From NCBI GenBank assembly GCA_964460615.1, contig CAYWPX010000006.1:37830-101829 (forward strand): DNA of 64,000 nt. The letters are read 5' to 3'. Origin of the DNA: an uncultured Planctomycetia bacterium (GTDB taxonomy: Bacteria > Omnitrophota > Gorgyraeia > CAYWPX01). Below are positions 26,154-36,017 of this stretch, piece by piece (position 1 is the first letter of the stretch; each line of letters begins with the position of its first letter). Made by a program: the position numbers and the translations under genes. The notes under the pieces were generated by a model. The model made no database searches. It was not told where the DNA came from and saw only the letters and a list, made by a program, of their open reading frames with translations.

Positions 26154-28178
26154 TTATCGTAGGTTTAACCCTTTCTCAAAGTAATCGCGGGCTATCTTAT
26201 TCCCGGGATCCAGAAAAAGAACCCTGTCCCATTCCCTTGAGGCATCACGCCTTTTTCCGACAATATAATAAGATACGCCTAAATTGATTCTGGCATCTAT
26301 AAAATCTGGTTTAATGGACAGGGCCTTCATAAAGCAAGCCTGGGCGTTTTGCTGATCATTAATGGAGCCGTAGGCAACCCCTAAATTTAAGTAGAAATCA
26401 GGATTATCATCCTTTATCCCTATGGCCTTTAGATACATTTTAATTGCCGGTTCCGGCTTGGATGTCCTGATATATATATTACCCAGATTATTATAAATCC
26501 CTGCAACGTTTTGATTAAATAGAACGGCTTTCAAATAATTTGTTTCAGATTCATTTAAATCCCCCATATCAAAATACAAATTCCCCAGATTATTATAAGC
26601 CTCAAAATAATAAGGATTTTTCTCTATAGCAACCTTGTAACTATTGACTGCCAAGTCAGTGTCTTTAATCTTCTCATAAAGAAGGCCGAGATTATAATAG
26701 CCTTTTGAATAATCAGGATTAATTACAATACACTTTTTTAGCTGAATAAAAGCATCGTCAATCCTGTCCATTTTTGAATACAGACTAGCCAGATTAAAAT
26801 AAGTAAGATAGCTCTTCGGGTCATTCAACAAGGCCCTCTTATACATACTCTCTGCTAAAATATAATCTTTCCTGGATGTATAAATATTCGCAAGGTTATT
26901 CAGTATAGATATACTATTAGGATTATATTCAAGAGTTTTTATATAAAACGTCTCTTTGTCCCGCCAATCATCATTTCTTACGACGGTTCTGGCAGTAATT
27001 AATATAATGAAAATGACTACCAGGCTGAATATAATTCTTCTTTTTAGCTTAGATTTATCAGCAAATTTTACTACCAAAGAACTTAGAGCAATTAAAAAAC
27101 CCATAATGGCTATGTACATCCAATGCTCTGACATATTTGCTTTTAGAGGTAGTACCCCTGAGACCGGGATTAAACTAACTAAAAACCAGAGAAGGCCGAA
27201 TGAAATGACTTTGAAATGATTAAATAGCCTGAATATTAAAAATATCAAGAATAAGACAACTAAAAAGGAAAAGATTATCCCCGTTTCAAAAAATGTAGTG
27301 GCGAATGGGATAGACCGCTCCATAAAAAGTTTTATCGGAAAGAAAAAGAGGTCTATATACCCGGTTATTGCTTTTAGGCCGGTTAATAGCCCAAGGTAAA
27401 AATTGTAACCATGGCCTATAAATTCTTCCTTTCTAAAATTGAGCGCAGATGTCCTTAGTATAAGATAGACTGCTGAGATCACTAAAAATGGATAAACAAA
27501 TTTAAACCCCACCATTTTCTCGGACCGGCTGATCTCATCCTTTGTTTTAAAAAACCAAGCATAAACAAAAATGATTATGGGAAAAATAACCGCCGACTCT
27601 TTGGAAAATAGCGCTAATAAAAAGGAGATAGCTGATGCTCCTAAATATAAAATCGCCTTCCTTTTTTCTTTCACAAAGTGACTGTCAAAAAAAAGTATCG
27701 AGAGTAACAAAAATATTCCCATAATGGAATCCGCTCTTCCCGATATATATGTAACAGACTCAATATTCAATGGATGAACTATAAAAATCGCTGACGCGAC
27801 AAAAGCAACTCTATTGTCTTTTGTAAGTCTTTTTACAAAAAAATATAGTAGGATTGTCACAAAAAGATGAAAAACCAGATTTGACAGATGATAACCAAAG
27901 GGTTCAAGTTTCCATAAAGAATAATCCAGATTATAGGATATCATTTGCATTGGCCTGTAATAATTTGAAGCACTATTATAAAGATCCGTAACAAAATATT
28001 GCCACCAATTGCTCCAGCTCTGCACTGAATAATTATTTACTATCAAAAAATCATCGTCCCAGAGAAATTGATTGCTGAATGTATTAAAATATGCAGCCAG
28101 CCCCAGAAGTACTAATAACAATATGTTACGTAGATCAAGGGGCTTGTTCTCATATTTATTTTTTAGTCTTTTTTTCAT
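26154..28178 (-). CDS. TMTC-like GT-C membrane glycosyltransferase with C-terminal TPR repeats (DUF1736/PMT_2 plus TPR)
   Basis: Around 10 N-terminal TM helices with an FLWDDD acidic motif in the first extracytoplasmic loop. The C-terminal ~300 aa are TPR repeats (NLANIY..., NLGLLYEK..., YNNLGNLY..., NLGVAYGS...). Confidence 0.6.
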   Translation of the reverse strand: MKKRLKNKYENKPLDLRNILLLVLLGLAAYFNTFSNQFLWDDDFLIVNNYSVQSWSNWWQYFVTDLYNSASNYYRPMQMISYNLDYSLWKLEPFGYHLSNLVFHLFVTILLYFFVKRLTKDNRVAFVASAIFIVHPLNIESVTYISGRADSIMGIFLLLSILFFDSHFVKEKRKAILYLGASAISFLLALFSKESAVIFPIIIFVYAWFFKTKDEISRSEKMVGFKFVYPFLVISAVYLILRTSALNFRKEEFIGHGYNFYLGLLTGLKAITGYIDLFFFPIKLFMERSIPFATTFFETGIIFSFLVVLFLIFLIFRLFNHFKVISFGLLWFLVSLIPVSGVLPLKANMSEHWMYIAIMGFLIALSSLVVKFADKSKLKRRIIFSLVVIFIILITARTVVRNDDWRDKETFYIKTLEYNPNSISILNNLANIYTSRKDYILAESMYKRALLNDPKSYLTYFNLASLYSKMDRIDDAFIQLKKCIVINPDYSKGYYNLGLLYEKIKDTDLAVNSYKVAIEKNPYYFEAYNNLGNLYFDMGDLNESETNYLKAVLFNQNVAGIYNNLGNIYIRTSKPEPAIKMYLKAIGIKDDNPDFYLNLGVAYGSINDQQNAQACFMKALSIKPDFIDARINLGVSYYIVGKRRDASREWDRVLFLDPGNKIARDYFEKGLNLR

Positions 28179-28193
28179 ACCTTCCCTCTTCGT

Positions 28194-29564
28194 CTAATCC
28201 AAACCGAAAAAACCCAAGACTTTAAGCGGCAGCCTGAACCATTTATCCTTAAAAAACCGATAGACCTTATGAAGATCCCCCTTAAGCACTATCTCTATAA
28301 AGACTTTTCTCCACGACTCAAACTCTATTTTTTTAAGCTCTCTTTTGGATAACTTAGAGAAATTGGTATTATCAAGGTTTGATTTTAGTATATCAGGAGT
28401 ATAATCGGCCCATTCAATAGTAGTAGAAGGCGCGGTAATAATCTTTTTTTCCGTAAGATCCTTAAAATAAAAACTCCCCGGATAAGGAGTAAATATACAA
28501 AATGTTATCCAGCTTGGCTTAAGCGATTTGGCAAATTCCACCGTCTTGAGCGATTCTTCGGCTGTCTCATTGGGGAGGCCGAGGATAACCGAAGCGGTTG
28601 TAAGAATATTTTTATAATTGTCGATAAGTTCGAATGCTTTTTTTATTGTCTCTATCTCAACCATCTTATTCATCTTCTTTAAAAGCGCCTCCGAACCCGA
28701 CTCGACGCCTATGAATATCCAAACCTTTTTAAATTTTTTTAATGAATCAAGAAGCTCTTTATCAATATGTTCGGGCCTTGCCTCAATATAAAGCGAATGA
28801 TCGCTTGTAAGCCCTTCCATTATCTTAATAACTCTTTTTTTATCAACGGTAAAATTATCATCGTGGAATTTGAGGTGTTTATTTTTTGTGATCTTTTCCA
28901 CCCTTTTGATCTCTTCCAGCACCCTTCCTGCGCTCTGCGCTCGCCACCTTCTCTTATTGAATTCCTGATTATAGCAAAAATTGCAGTTATACGGACATCC
29001 TCTGGAACTTACTAACACAACCTCAAGGTCTAAATATTTTTTTGCATTTATAAGATCCCAGTTTATAAGAGGAAGGGAATCCAGGTTATCGATAAAAGCC
29101 CTCTCCGGGGTTCTGATTATTTTGCCGTCGTCTTTTAAGCAAAGGCCGGGGATGTTTTTTAGATCTTTCTTATCCCTAAGCGCATCCAGCAGATCCGCAA
29201 ATGTCTCCTCGCCTTCGCCTATTACAATTATATCCACAAAATCATTTGAAACAGTCTCGTCAGGCAGAAGGCTTGGATGTATCCCTCCCCAAACAATCTT
29301 TGTCCTGTCGCCCAGTTCTTTTTTTATAAATCTTGATATCGAGATCGCATCTTTAATAAGAGGGCCTGTAAAAACAGATATTCCTACTACATCCGGTTTA
29401 AATTCTTTTATTAATCTTTTAGTAAAAAAATCGACATTCCTATCAACAATCTTCACTTCGTGACCGCGGAGCCTGGCAGCTTCGGCTACGAAAAGAAGCG
29501 CTAATGGCGGCGTAAGGATACCTCTTGAGGTTATAGAATTGGGTTGAATAAGAAGTGCCTTCAT
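28194..29564 (-). CDS. B12-binding-domain radical SAM protein
   Basis: N-terminal cobalamin-binding Rossmann-like domain (PPLALLFVAEAARLRGHEVKIVD...IVWGGIH). Radical SAM cluster motif SSRGCPYNCNFCYN (CxxxCxxC). Confidence 0.8.
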   Translation of the reverse strand: MKALLIQPNSITSRGILTPPLALLFVAEAARLRGHEVKIVDRNVDFFTKRLIKEFKPDVVGISVFTGPLIKDAISISRFIKKELGDRTKIVWGGIHPSLLPDETVSNDFVDIIVIGEGEETFADLLDALRDKKDLKNIPGLCLKDDGKIIRTPERAFIDNLDSLPLINWDLINAKKYLDLEVVLVSSRGCPYNCNFCYNQEFNKRRWRAQSAGRVLEEIKRVEKITKNKHLKFHDDNFTVDKKRVIKIMEGLTSDHSLYIEARPEHIDKELLDSLKKFKKVWIFIGVESGSEALLKKMNKMVEIETIKKAFELIDNYKNILTTASVILGLPNETAEESLKTVEFAKSLKPSWITFCIFTPYPGSFYFKDLTEKKIITAPSTTIEWADYTPDILKSNLDNTNFSKLSKRELKKIEFESWRKVFIEIVLKGDLHKVYRFFKDKWFRLPLKVLGFFGLD

Positions 29565-29565
29565 A

Positions 29566-30321
29566 TTATTTTTTTATCCCTCTGGCTATTATATTGGATG
29601 AGCTTTTTAATCTTCCGGTCTGGCCGCAAAGAAGCTCAAAGGTGAGATTATTTTTTTCAAAGATTTCTTTAAGTTCATTTGGCGTGTAAAAATGTTTTAC
29701 CGGAACAAAGAACCAATCCTCAACCTGGCTATCAATAGTTATATTATCCTGTCTGACATTCGTCCTTTTACCAAGAAACTCCAGGACTCTTACTATAAGC
29801 GCTACGGATCTAATAAAACACTTCCTGAATATCTTAGACTTAATGGATATGCAGATCTTTCTAATGGTCTCATGTATTAATGATAGCCTTGTCCTAAGAT
29901 ATACCGCCACTATCAAATAACCATCCTTTTTTAAGACCCTGGTTAATTCTTTAAATACCTTCTCAGGATCAACCGAGTGGTGTATAACACCCCATGATAA
30001 AATCAGGTCAAAAGAAGAGTCCTTAACGGGTACTTCGAGTAGACTGGCATTAATCAAATCGATATTTTTTAATAAAAGACCCTTTTTTAGGCTATCCTCC
30101 GTCTTTAAACATTCTAAGCTAAGGTCTATTGATACAACCCGTTCGGCACTACTCGCAAGCGCCAAAGAACACACTCCCGTCCCAGAACCTGCGTCAAGCG
30201 CAATACCTATTCTACCGCCTGGTAAAAGAGTATCTATATGTTCTTTAGTTTTCCGGTAATCAGGGATATTCTTGGGCCAATACTGATCGTAAAAATTTTG
30301 CGTGTCTTTTTCTTTTGTCAT
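29566..30321 (-). CDS. Class I SAM-dependent methyltransferase
   Basis: Motif I GIALDAGSGTGVCSLALA, with an acidic residue after beta2 (VVSIDLS). Confidence 0.7.
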   Translation of the reverse strand: MTKEKDTQNFYDQYWPKNIPDYRKTKEHIDTLLPGGRIGIALDAGSGTGVCSLALASSAERVVSIDLSLECLKTEDSLKKGLLLKNIDLINASLLEVPVKDSSFDLILSWGVIHHSVDPEKVFKELTRVLKKDGYLIVAVYLRTRLSLIHETIRKICISIKSKIFRKCFIRSVALIVRVLEFLGKRTNVRQDNITIDSQVEDWFFVPVKHFYTPNELKEIFEKNNLTFELLCGQTGRLKSSSNIIARGIKK

Positions 30322-31022
30322 AGTTTCCTTACGACTGCAATGTAATTCAATGGGTAGAGTTTTCTCATTCCGAATACCTTATCGGCATAAAAAATAATAA
30401 CTGATAATGCCGCTGATAATAAATAAATAACTTTTCCCAAGAACGGTATTTTTGAAAAAAGAGAATTCATTAAAATAAAAAAGGGGGTCATGGTAAAACA
30501 TATTATTCCGCCGCTTTGGCAATACTCTATTATCTCCAGCTTACCTTCGCACAAGTTTTTGAAACCATATATTGTAAATCTCTGATAATCCTCCGGCTCT
30601 CCGTGAATATACGATAAATGAGGAAAAGAAATAATAGCCTTACCGTCTTTTTTTAATACCCTTGAAATTTCACAAATAATAGATCGGGGGTCTTTGGTAT
30701 GCTCCAGGACTTGTATCGATATCGCCCTATCAACCTTTTCATTTCCAATTGGCAATAATCCGCCATCGCCTACTATACTTAGCTTAGAGGAATTTATGGC
30801 TATATCCAAAGAGAAATACTCTTTTGAGAATTTTTCAATTACAAATTTCCAAAAAAGCCTTCCGGCTCCCACATCTACGACGGTTGCGCCATCGATATGC
30901 TTTTTTAAGACCGGCAATAGATCGGCATAAATACAATAGTGACTAGGCGATAAGAAAAAATATCCTACTTTACCGGCGTAACTATCTTCGGTATCTTTCC
31001 ACATCTTTTTTAAGTTAATCAT
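30318..31022 (-). CDS. Class I SAM-dependent methyltransferase
   Basis: Motif I ATVVDVGAGRLFW, FSLDI, and a KDGKAIISFPH post-II region. 4-nt overlaps with both neighbours. Confidence 0.65.
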   Translation of the reverse strand: MINLKKMWKDTEDSYAGKVGYFFLSPSHYCIYADLLPVLKKHIDGATVVDVGAGRLFWKFVIEKFSKEYFSLDIAINSSKLSIVGDGGLLPIGNEKVDRAISIQVLEHTKDPRSIICEISRVLKKDGKAIISFPHLSYIHGEPEDYQRFTIYGFKNLCEGKLEIIEYCQSGGIICFTMTPFFILMNSLFSKIPFLGKVIYLLSAALSVIIFYADKVFGMRKLYPLNYIAVVRKL

Positions 31023-32976
31023 TTTTTATGCTCAGATTTATTCCTGCTTTTTGGAGATCGTCTCCCCTGAATATCCAGGCCTGCGTAAAACCTCTAAAGG
31101 CTATAGTAAAAACCGGCTTAACATCATAAGGAAAATCAACTCCATTTTGGGTCACAGAAGATCTGTTAATAACATAATAATCCCTCTCGGAATATGTGGA
31201 GTTTTTATCAATGGGTTGTATATTCAACGCTTTAGAGCCTACCCACTCACCTTTATAACTATAATACAAATTTATTTTCCCGCAATCAATTTTATTAGCT
31301 TTGCAAATTTTCTCAATTTTTTTTCCAGCGAGCATAACCTCCTCACCCCACCCCTGCCAGGGGCCATTTATCCTTCCGGGTTCAGGATTATTAGAATACG
31401 TTCTGGGATAGCTGGACCATATCGGCCTGAATGGAGCAAAAAGCGGCCCAAAAGGAAGTACCTCTAAGAACAGTACTATTAAAATAAGCGAAACGGCTAT
31501 TCCTTTTTTTCTTCTCTCCAGCTCTCCGAAAACAAAATCCAAGACAATAAGACAAAACAAGGCAAATAAAAGTACAGGAATATTAAAATACCTGTTTACG
31601 ACCGGAGTTTCGGTAATCCCAAAAATAACCGGGCATAACATAACAAAGAAAAACATCACATCCCAACCGGCAAAATATTTCTTCCCGGAATTTTTGTTCT
31701 TGACCACCGTTACAACAAATAAAGCCAACACGATCCAGAAAACTGTCGGAATAGCATTAACAAAAACCGATACGGCAAGTCCGATGTAAGATAATATATG
31801 CTGAAGCTTGCTAGCTGCATCAAAATGCCAGGTAACGCCATTCATAGAGAATGGCGGAATATAAAGACCTGATTTTATCGGATGAAAAGGAGCCCAGTAA
31901 GCATTTATAATAAAAGTAGATGAAATCCCCAGTAGTAATAAAGGAAGCCATAAAAATAAATTAATCATTTTAATTTTTAGTATAAACTTTTGGATCAGGC
32001 TTGCCGACTTGAAAAATAAAATCATTGAAACAAAAATTACTACAAAATATGCTACGAAAAAAAATAATGGATTCAATATTGCCAGTTCGTTTACCCCTCC
32101 GAATAATACAATAAACAAACGGATCAAAGGCCAAACCCAGGCAAATATCGGAAAGCAAACCGATGAAAAACTGAAGTCCGGGAACCCATCCTCCTTTGAA
32201 AACCATACAACAAAAAATGTCGCTGCCAGGATAAATAAACCCAATCCCAATGAAGCTAAAGAAGCCTTAAATAAAGATATCCACTTGTCTTTTTTATCTT
32301 TGTTAGCTGAAAAAAGATAGCATAAATTCACCGATGCCATCAGAAAAAACGGCGAGGATATAAGCTTTTCCTGTGAGGCAAATACTGAGATCAGAACCGC
32401 TAAAATAGCATTCTTAAGGCTGTTATTCTTTAAAGATATGAATATATACACAACAGTCAATATGGACAGCAGCATCGAAAAAAGATCATAAGTAAAGACC
32501 TTAAAAGCTATCATGTTGGTAGGAAGCAAGAAGATAAAGTACATGAACAACATAGAAAAGTAAACTTTATTTTTCTCCTGGATAAAATTCTTTAGCAAAA
32601 GATTATATATAACCATTACCAATAAAAACCCAAAAAACCAGTGCATTGATTTTGCTAATATTACTAATAAACTTAATGACGGCTTAATAAAACTTTGAAG
32701 AATTACAAATGGAACCCCTATAAATAAATCGGTAGTTCTTAAGGCATAAAAATCCCATTGCGTCAATGGTAACTTTTTAAGAAAAATAATTTCAGGAAGC
32801 GTAAAATATTCATCTATAGTAAGAAATTGTGTAACAGACTCCAATGACAAATAAATTGGCATCATAGATATGAGCGTTAAAAAAGTAGCCTTCTTATTCG
32901 ATCCAAGGCCAGATCTAAAAATAAAAAAAAGAATTATTAAGGAAACAATAAACACGGCTAATTCAAAAAAATTCAT
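31015..32976 (-). CDS. Large polytopic membrane protein (~14 TM helices plus a ~200-aa C-terminal soluble domain); possible GT-C glycosyltransferase or polymerase
   Basis: Hydrophobicity pattern only. No catalytic motif recognised. It sits inside the glycosyltransferase cluster and overlaps its neighbours by a few nt. Confidence 0.35.
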   Translation of the reverse strand: MNFFELAVFIVSLIILFFIFRSGLGSNKKATFLTLISMMPIYLSLESVTQFLTIDEYFTLPEIIFLKKLPLTQWDFYALRTTDLFIGVPFVILQSFIKPSLSLLVILAKSMHWFFGFLLVMVIYNLLLKNFIQEKNKVYFSMLFMYFIFLLPTNMIAFKVFTYDLFSMLLSILTVVYIFISLKNNSLKNAILAVLISVFASQEKLISSPFFLMASVNLCYLFSANKDKKDKWISLFKASLASLGLGLFILAATFFVVWFSKEDGFPDFSFSSVCFPIFAWVWPLIRLFIVLFGGVNELAILNPLFFFVAYFVVIFVSMILFFKSASLIQKFILKIKMINLFLWLPLLLLGISSTFIINAYWAPFHPIKSGLYIPPFSMNGVTWHFDAASKLQHILSYIGLAVSVFVNAIPTVFWIVLALFVVTVVKNKNSGKKYFAGWDVMFFFVMLCPVIFGITETPVVNRYFNIPVLLFALFCLIVLDFVFGELERRKKGIAVSLILIVLFLEVLPFGPLFAPFRPIWSSYPRTYSNNPEPGRINGPWQGWGEEVMLAGKKIEKICKANKIDCGKINLYYSYKGEWVGSKALNIQPIDKNSTYSERDYYVINRSSVTQNGVDFPYDVKPVFTIAFRGFTQAWIFRGDDLQKAGINLSIKND

Positions 32977-34112
32977 AGTCTCTCACCTTTGACCAGCCTG
33001 CACAAAGAGTCGGCTATTGTTCTCCAGTTATGTTTTTTGACCTTATCTAGATTATTCTTCCCTAATTTAAGCCTCAAGGCTTCATCCGTTACTAGTTCAT
33101 TAATAGCCCTACTTAAGGATCTTACATCATTTACATCGATCAGATACCCATTGACGCCGCTCTCTACAAGCTCTCTATGCGCGGTAATATTACTGACTAC
33201 AACCGGCAATCCGGAAGCCATAGCTTCTAAAAGTGAATTAGACATCCCTTCGTCCAGGGAAACCGAAACAAAGATATCGGATCTATTATAAATTTGAGGA
33301 ATTTTATCTCTCTCAACCCAGCCGGAAAATAAAACGATATCACTGATACCAAGCTCGGAACACCTATTGACCAAACTCTTTTTTTCCGGACCTTCGCCTA
33401 TTATTTCAAGAGTAAAACAGTTAGCAGTATCTTTTTTTGCCAATGATACAGCCAGAAGAAGATTATCTAAGTTTTTCTGTTTACTCAACCTTCCTATATA
33501 GATTAATTTCACAATTCCTTCTTTTTTACGCTCCGACACCGGCTGAAATAGTCCATCAACTCCGTTCGGGATAACATATATAGGCCTTTTGTCCAAAGTC
33601 TTTAAAGCAAGCTCTTTAAGGCTATGGCTATTTGCAACAATATATTCGGCATTAACCCAGATATATTTGATCAAGGGCTTTAAGAGCTTATTTAGAACGC
33701 TGAATTTTCCTCCATAAAAACCAGGGACATCTATACCCCTTAAAAAAACTATGTAAGGTATATTATGAATCTTTTTGATAAAAAGCGCCGTTAAGCCGGA
33801 GGGAATAGTAAAAAATGCGAATACTTTATCAAAACTCGTTTTATTGATATTCTTAATTGAAAAAAATATCGAGTTTAACGTAAAAAACAGATAATCCTGG
33901 ATGCTACCTGTATGGACATCCCTTCTAAAACTTTTAATCCTCAAGATCTTACAATTATTCAACAGATTTTCTTTCGGAAGACCCTTATAGGATCCCGTCA
34001 GGACCGTTACATCATTACCAAACCCCGCAAGATGCTTTGATATCTCGGCTGAGGCCGTCGCCCCGCCTCCTCCAACAGGAGGAAATTCATGGTTTATTAT
34101 TAGTATTTTCAT
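32973..34112 (-). CDS. Glycosyltransferase family 4 (GT-B fold)
   Basis: MKILIINHEFPPVGGGGATASAEI start and the EX7E-type motif EGMSNSLLEAMASGLPVVVSNI. Confidence 0.8.
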   Translation of the reverse strand: MKILIINHEFPPVGGGGATASAEISKHLAGFGNDVTVLTGSYKGLPKENLLNNCKILRIKSFRRDVHTGSIQDYLFFTLNSIFFSIKNINKTSFDKVFAFFTIPSGLTALFIKKIHNIPYIVFLRGIDVPGFYGGKFSVLNKLLKPLIKYIWVNAEYIVANSHSLKELALKTLDKRPIYVIPNGVDGLFQPVSERKKEGIVKLIYIGRLSKQKNLDNLLLAVSLAKKDTANCFTLEIIGEGPEKKSLVNRCSELGISDIVLFSGWVERDKIPQIYNRSDIFVSVSLDEGMSNSLLEAMASGLPVVVSNITAHRELVESGVNGYLIDVNDVRSLSRAINELVTDEALRLKLGKNNLDKVKKHNWRTIADSLCRLVKGERL

Positions 34113-36016
34113 TATGTTTTTTTAAGCCAATTATCGTGCCAAAGTTCAAAAATAAAAAGCGTCCACAATTTTTTTCTGTTGTCTTTTGTCAAATCGTGAT
34201 GTTCTTCCAACAGATTCTGGATATACTCTGAATCAAAATTCCCCTCTCGTTTTATCTTATCGGTTGACAGCGTATCCATAAATAAATCTTTAAGATCGGA
34301 GTTGATCCATTTCCCTATAGGTATCCCAAACCCCTTCTTTGAGCGGCTTATTATCTTATGCGGCAAATCATTTTTTAGAGATCTTTTGAGGATATATTTA
34401 GATTCAAAATTGTGAAGTTTGCTATATGGGTCAAGCGAAAGAGCGAATTCTACGAATTTATAATCCAAAAACGGAGCTCTTACCTCCAGAGAGTTCGCCA
34501 TACTTGCTCTGTCAACTTTAGTAAGAATATCATCAGCAAGATAGAATTTACAATATAAATATGTCAGAAGGTCTATATAGTTTTTGGCATTACAGTCTTT
34601 TAGCGAATCTTCAATATCCCTGAATAATTCCCCGTTCTTTAGATCGGGCTCAAGTATCAGGCTTTTCTGCTCAACCGGCAAAAATGAACCTAGCCATGCC
34701 TGGTTTCTTGCTGGCAGATCGAACTCTATCCCTCTTAAAAATTGTTTAAGTTTGAAATCAAGGCTCATGTTATTAAGTGACACCGGGAGCTTGAGGAAAG
34801 CCTGATAAAAAAACCCTCTTAGAAACGCCGGCAGTTTCTTATAGATATTGGCTATCTTATGCGCCTGGAATGTTTCGTAACCGGCAAAAAGCTCATCCCC
34901 TCCGTCTCCCCCAAGGGCAACCGTCACATACTCTTTTGTGAACTTGGACAAAAGATATGTCGGTATTATTGATGCATCTGCCAAAGGCTCATCCAGAAAA
35001 TTTGCAATTTCCGGTATGATCCTTAACATAGCCTTAGGGTCTAATATTTTCTCATGATGGTCAGTATGAAACATTTCGGCCAGTTGCCGGGCATAAAGTG
35101 CTTCATCAAAACTCTTATCTTCAAAACCTATCGTAAAAGTCTTTATATCTTTTGAGGGCTTCAATTCCGACATAAGATAAGTGATCGCGCTTGAATCTAT
35201 CCCGCCGCTTAAAAAGACACCCAAAGGCACATCGCTTATAAGACGGTTTTTTACGGAGGATTTTAGATCACTTTTAAGCTGAGAAGAAGTATCGGCATAT
35301 TTTTTTTTATTAAAATCAAGGCTCCAGTATCTTTTTTGTATTATAGCCTTATCTTCATTAAAGAGAATAAAATTACCGGCATCAAGGCGTTTTATGTTCT
35401 CATAAATCGTGCTCGGCGATGGAACATATTCATAAAGAAGATATTTTTGCAAAGAGAGCCTATCTAGTCTTCTATTAAATTTGGGATATTTAAGAATAGC
35501 TTTTGGTTCTGAGGCAAAAACAAAATTACCTCCGAACTGTGTATAATATAAAGGTTTTTTTCCCATACGGTCCCTAGCCAGAAAAAGAGACCTTTTCTTG
35601 TTATCCCAAATAGCAAAAGCAAACATCCCGTTAAATCTCTGAAGGCACTCTTCGCCCCATTCTTCATAACCGTGGATTATTACTTCTGTATCACACTTAG
35701 AAATAAATTTATGGCCTTTTTGTGCCAATACTTGACGGAGTTCAAGAAAATTGTAGATCTCACCGTTATATGTAACCCAGATAGACCCATCTTCATTTGT
35801 CATCGGCTGATGAGCGAATTTGGAAAGATCTATTATACTCAGACGGTTGTGGCCAAAAACAACTTTTAGCGGATCTTCTTTATCAAAGCCCTCAAAATAC
35901 GTCCCATAATCATCCGGCCCCCTGTGTTTAATAGACAAACACATTTCGAGGATGACCTTTTCGGCTTCTTTTCTCCCCAAAGAATCATTTGTGATGAAAC
36001 CGGCTATTCCGCACAT
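34112..36016 (-). CDS. asnB: Asparagine synthase (glutamine-hydrolysing) family amidotransferase
   Basis: N-terminal nucleophile MCGIAGF (Cys2). Ntn glutaminase domain plus synthetase domain (SGGIDSS PP-loop). 634 aa. Often a WbpS-like amidotransferase when found in glycan clusters. Confidence 0.85.
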   Translation of the reverse strand: MCGIAGFITNDSLGRKEAEKVILEMCLSIKHRGPDDYGTYFEGFDKEDPLKVVFGHNRLSIIDLSKFAHQPMTNEDGSIWVTYNGEIYNFLELRQVLAQKGHKFISKCDTEVIIHGYEEWGEECLQRFNGMFAFAIWDNKKRSLFLARDRMGKKPLYYTQFGGNFVFASEPKAILKYPKFNRRLDRLSLQKYLLYEYVPSPSTIYENIKRLDAGNFILFNEDKAIIQKRYWSLDFNKKKYADTSSQLKSDLKSSVKNRLISDVPLGVFLSGGIDSSAITYLMSELKPSKDIKTFTIGFEDKSFDEALYARQLAEMFHTDHHEKILDPKAMLRIIPEIANFLDEPLADASIIPTYLLSKFTKEYVTVALGGDGGDELFAGYETFQAHKIANIYKKLPAFLRGFFYQAFLKLPVSLNNMSLDFKLKQFLRGIEFDLPARNQAWLGSFLPVEQKSLILEPDLKNGELFRDIEDSLKDCNAKNYIDLLTYLYCKFYLADDILTKVDRASMANSLEVRAPFLDYKFVEFALSLDPYSKLHNFESKYILKRSLKNDLPHKIISRSKKGFGIPIGKWINSDLKDLFMDTLSTDKIKREGNFDSEYIQNLLEEHHDLTKDNRKKLWTLFIFELWHDNWLKKT

Positions 36017-36017
36017 A

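Noticed and set aside
28194-31022. B12-radical SAM plus methyltransferases as a RiPP biosynthetic cluster
   Set aside because: No room for a precursor peptide gene, since flanking genes overlap or are separated by 15 nt or less. The context (GT2, GT4, GT-C, AsnB) points to glycan or lipid modification.
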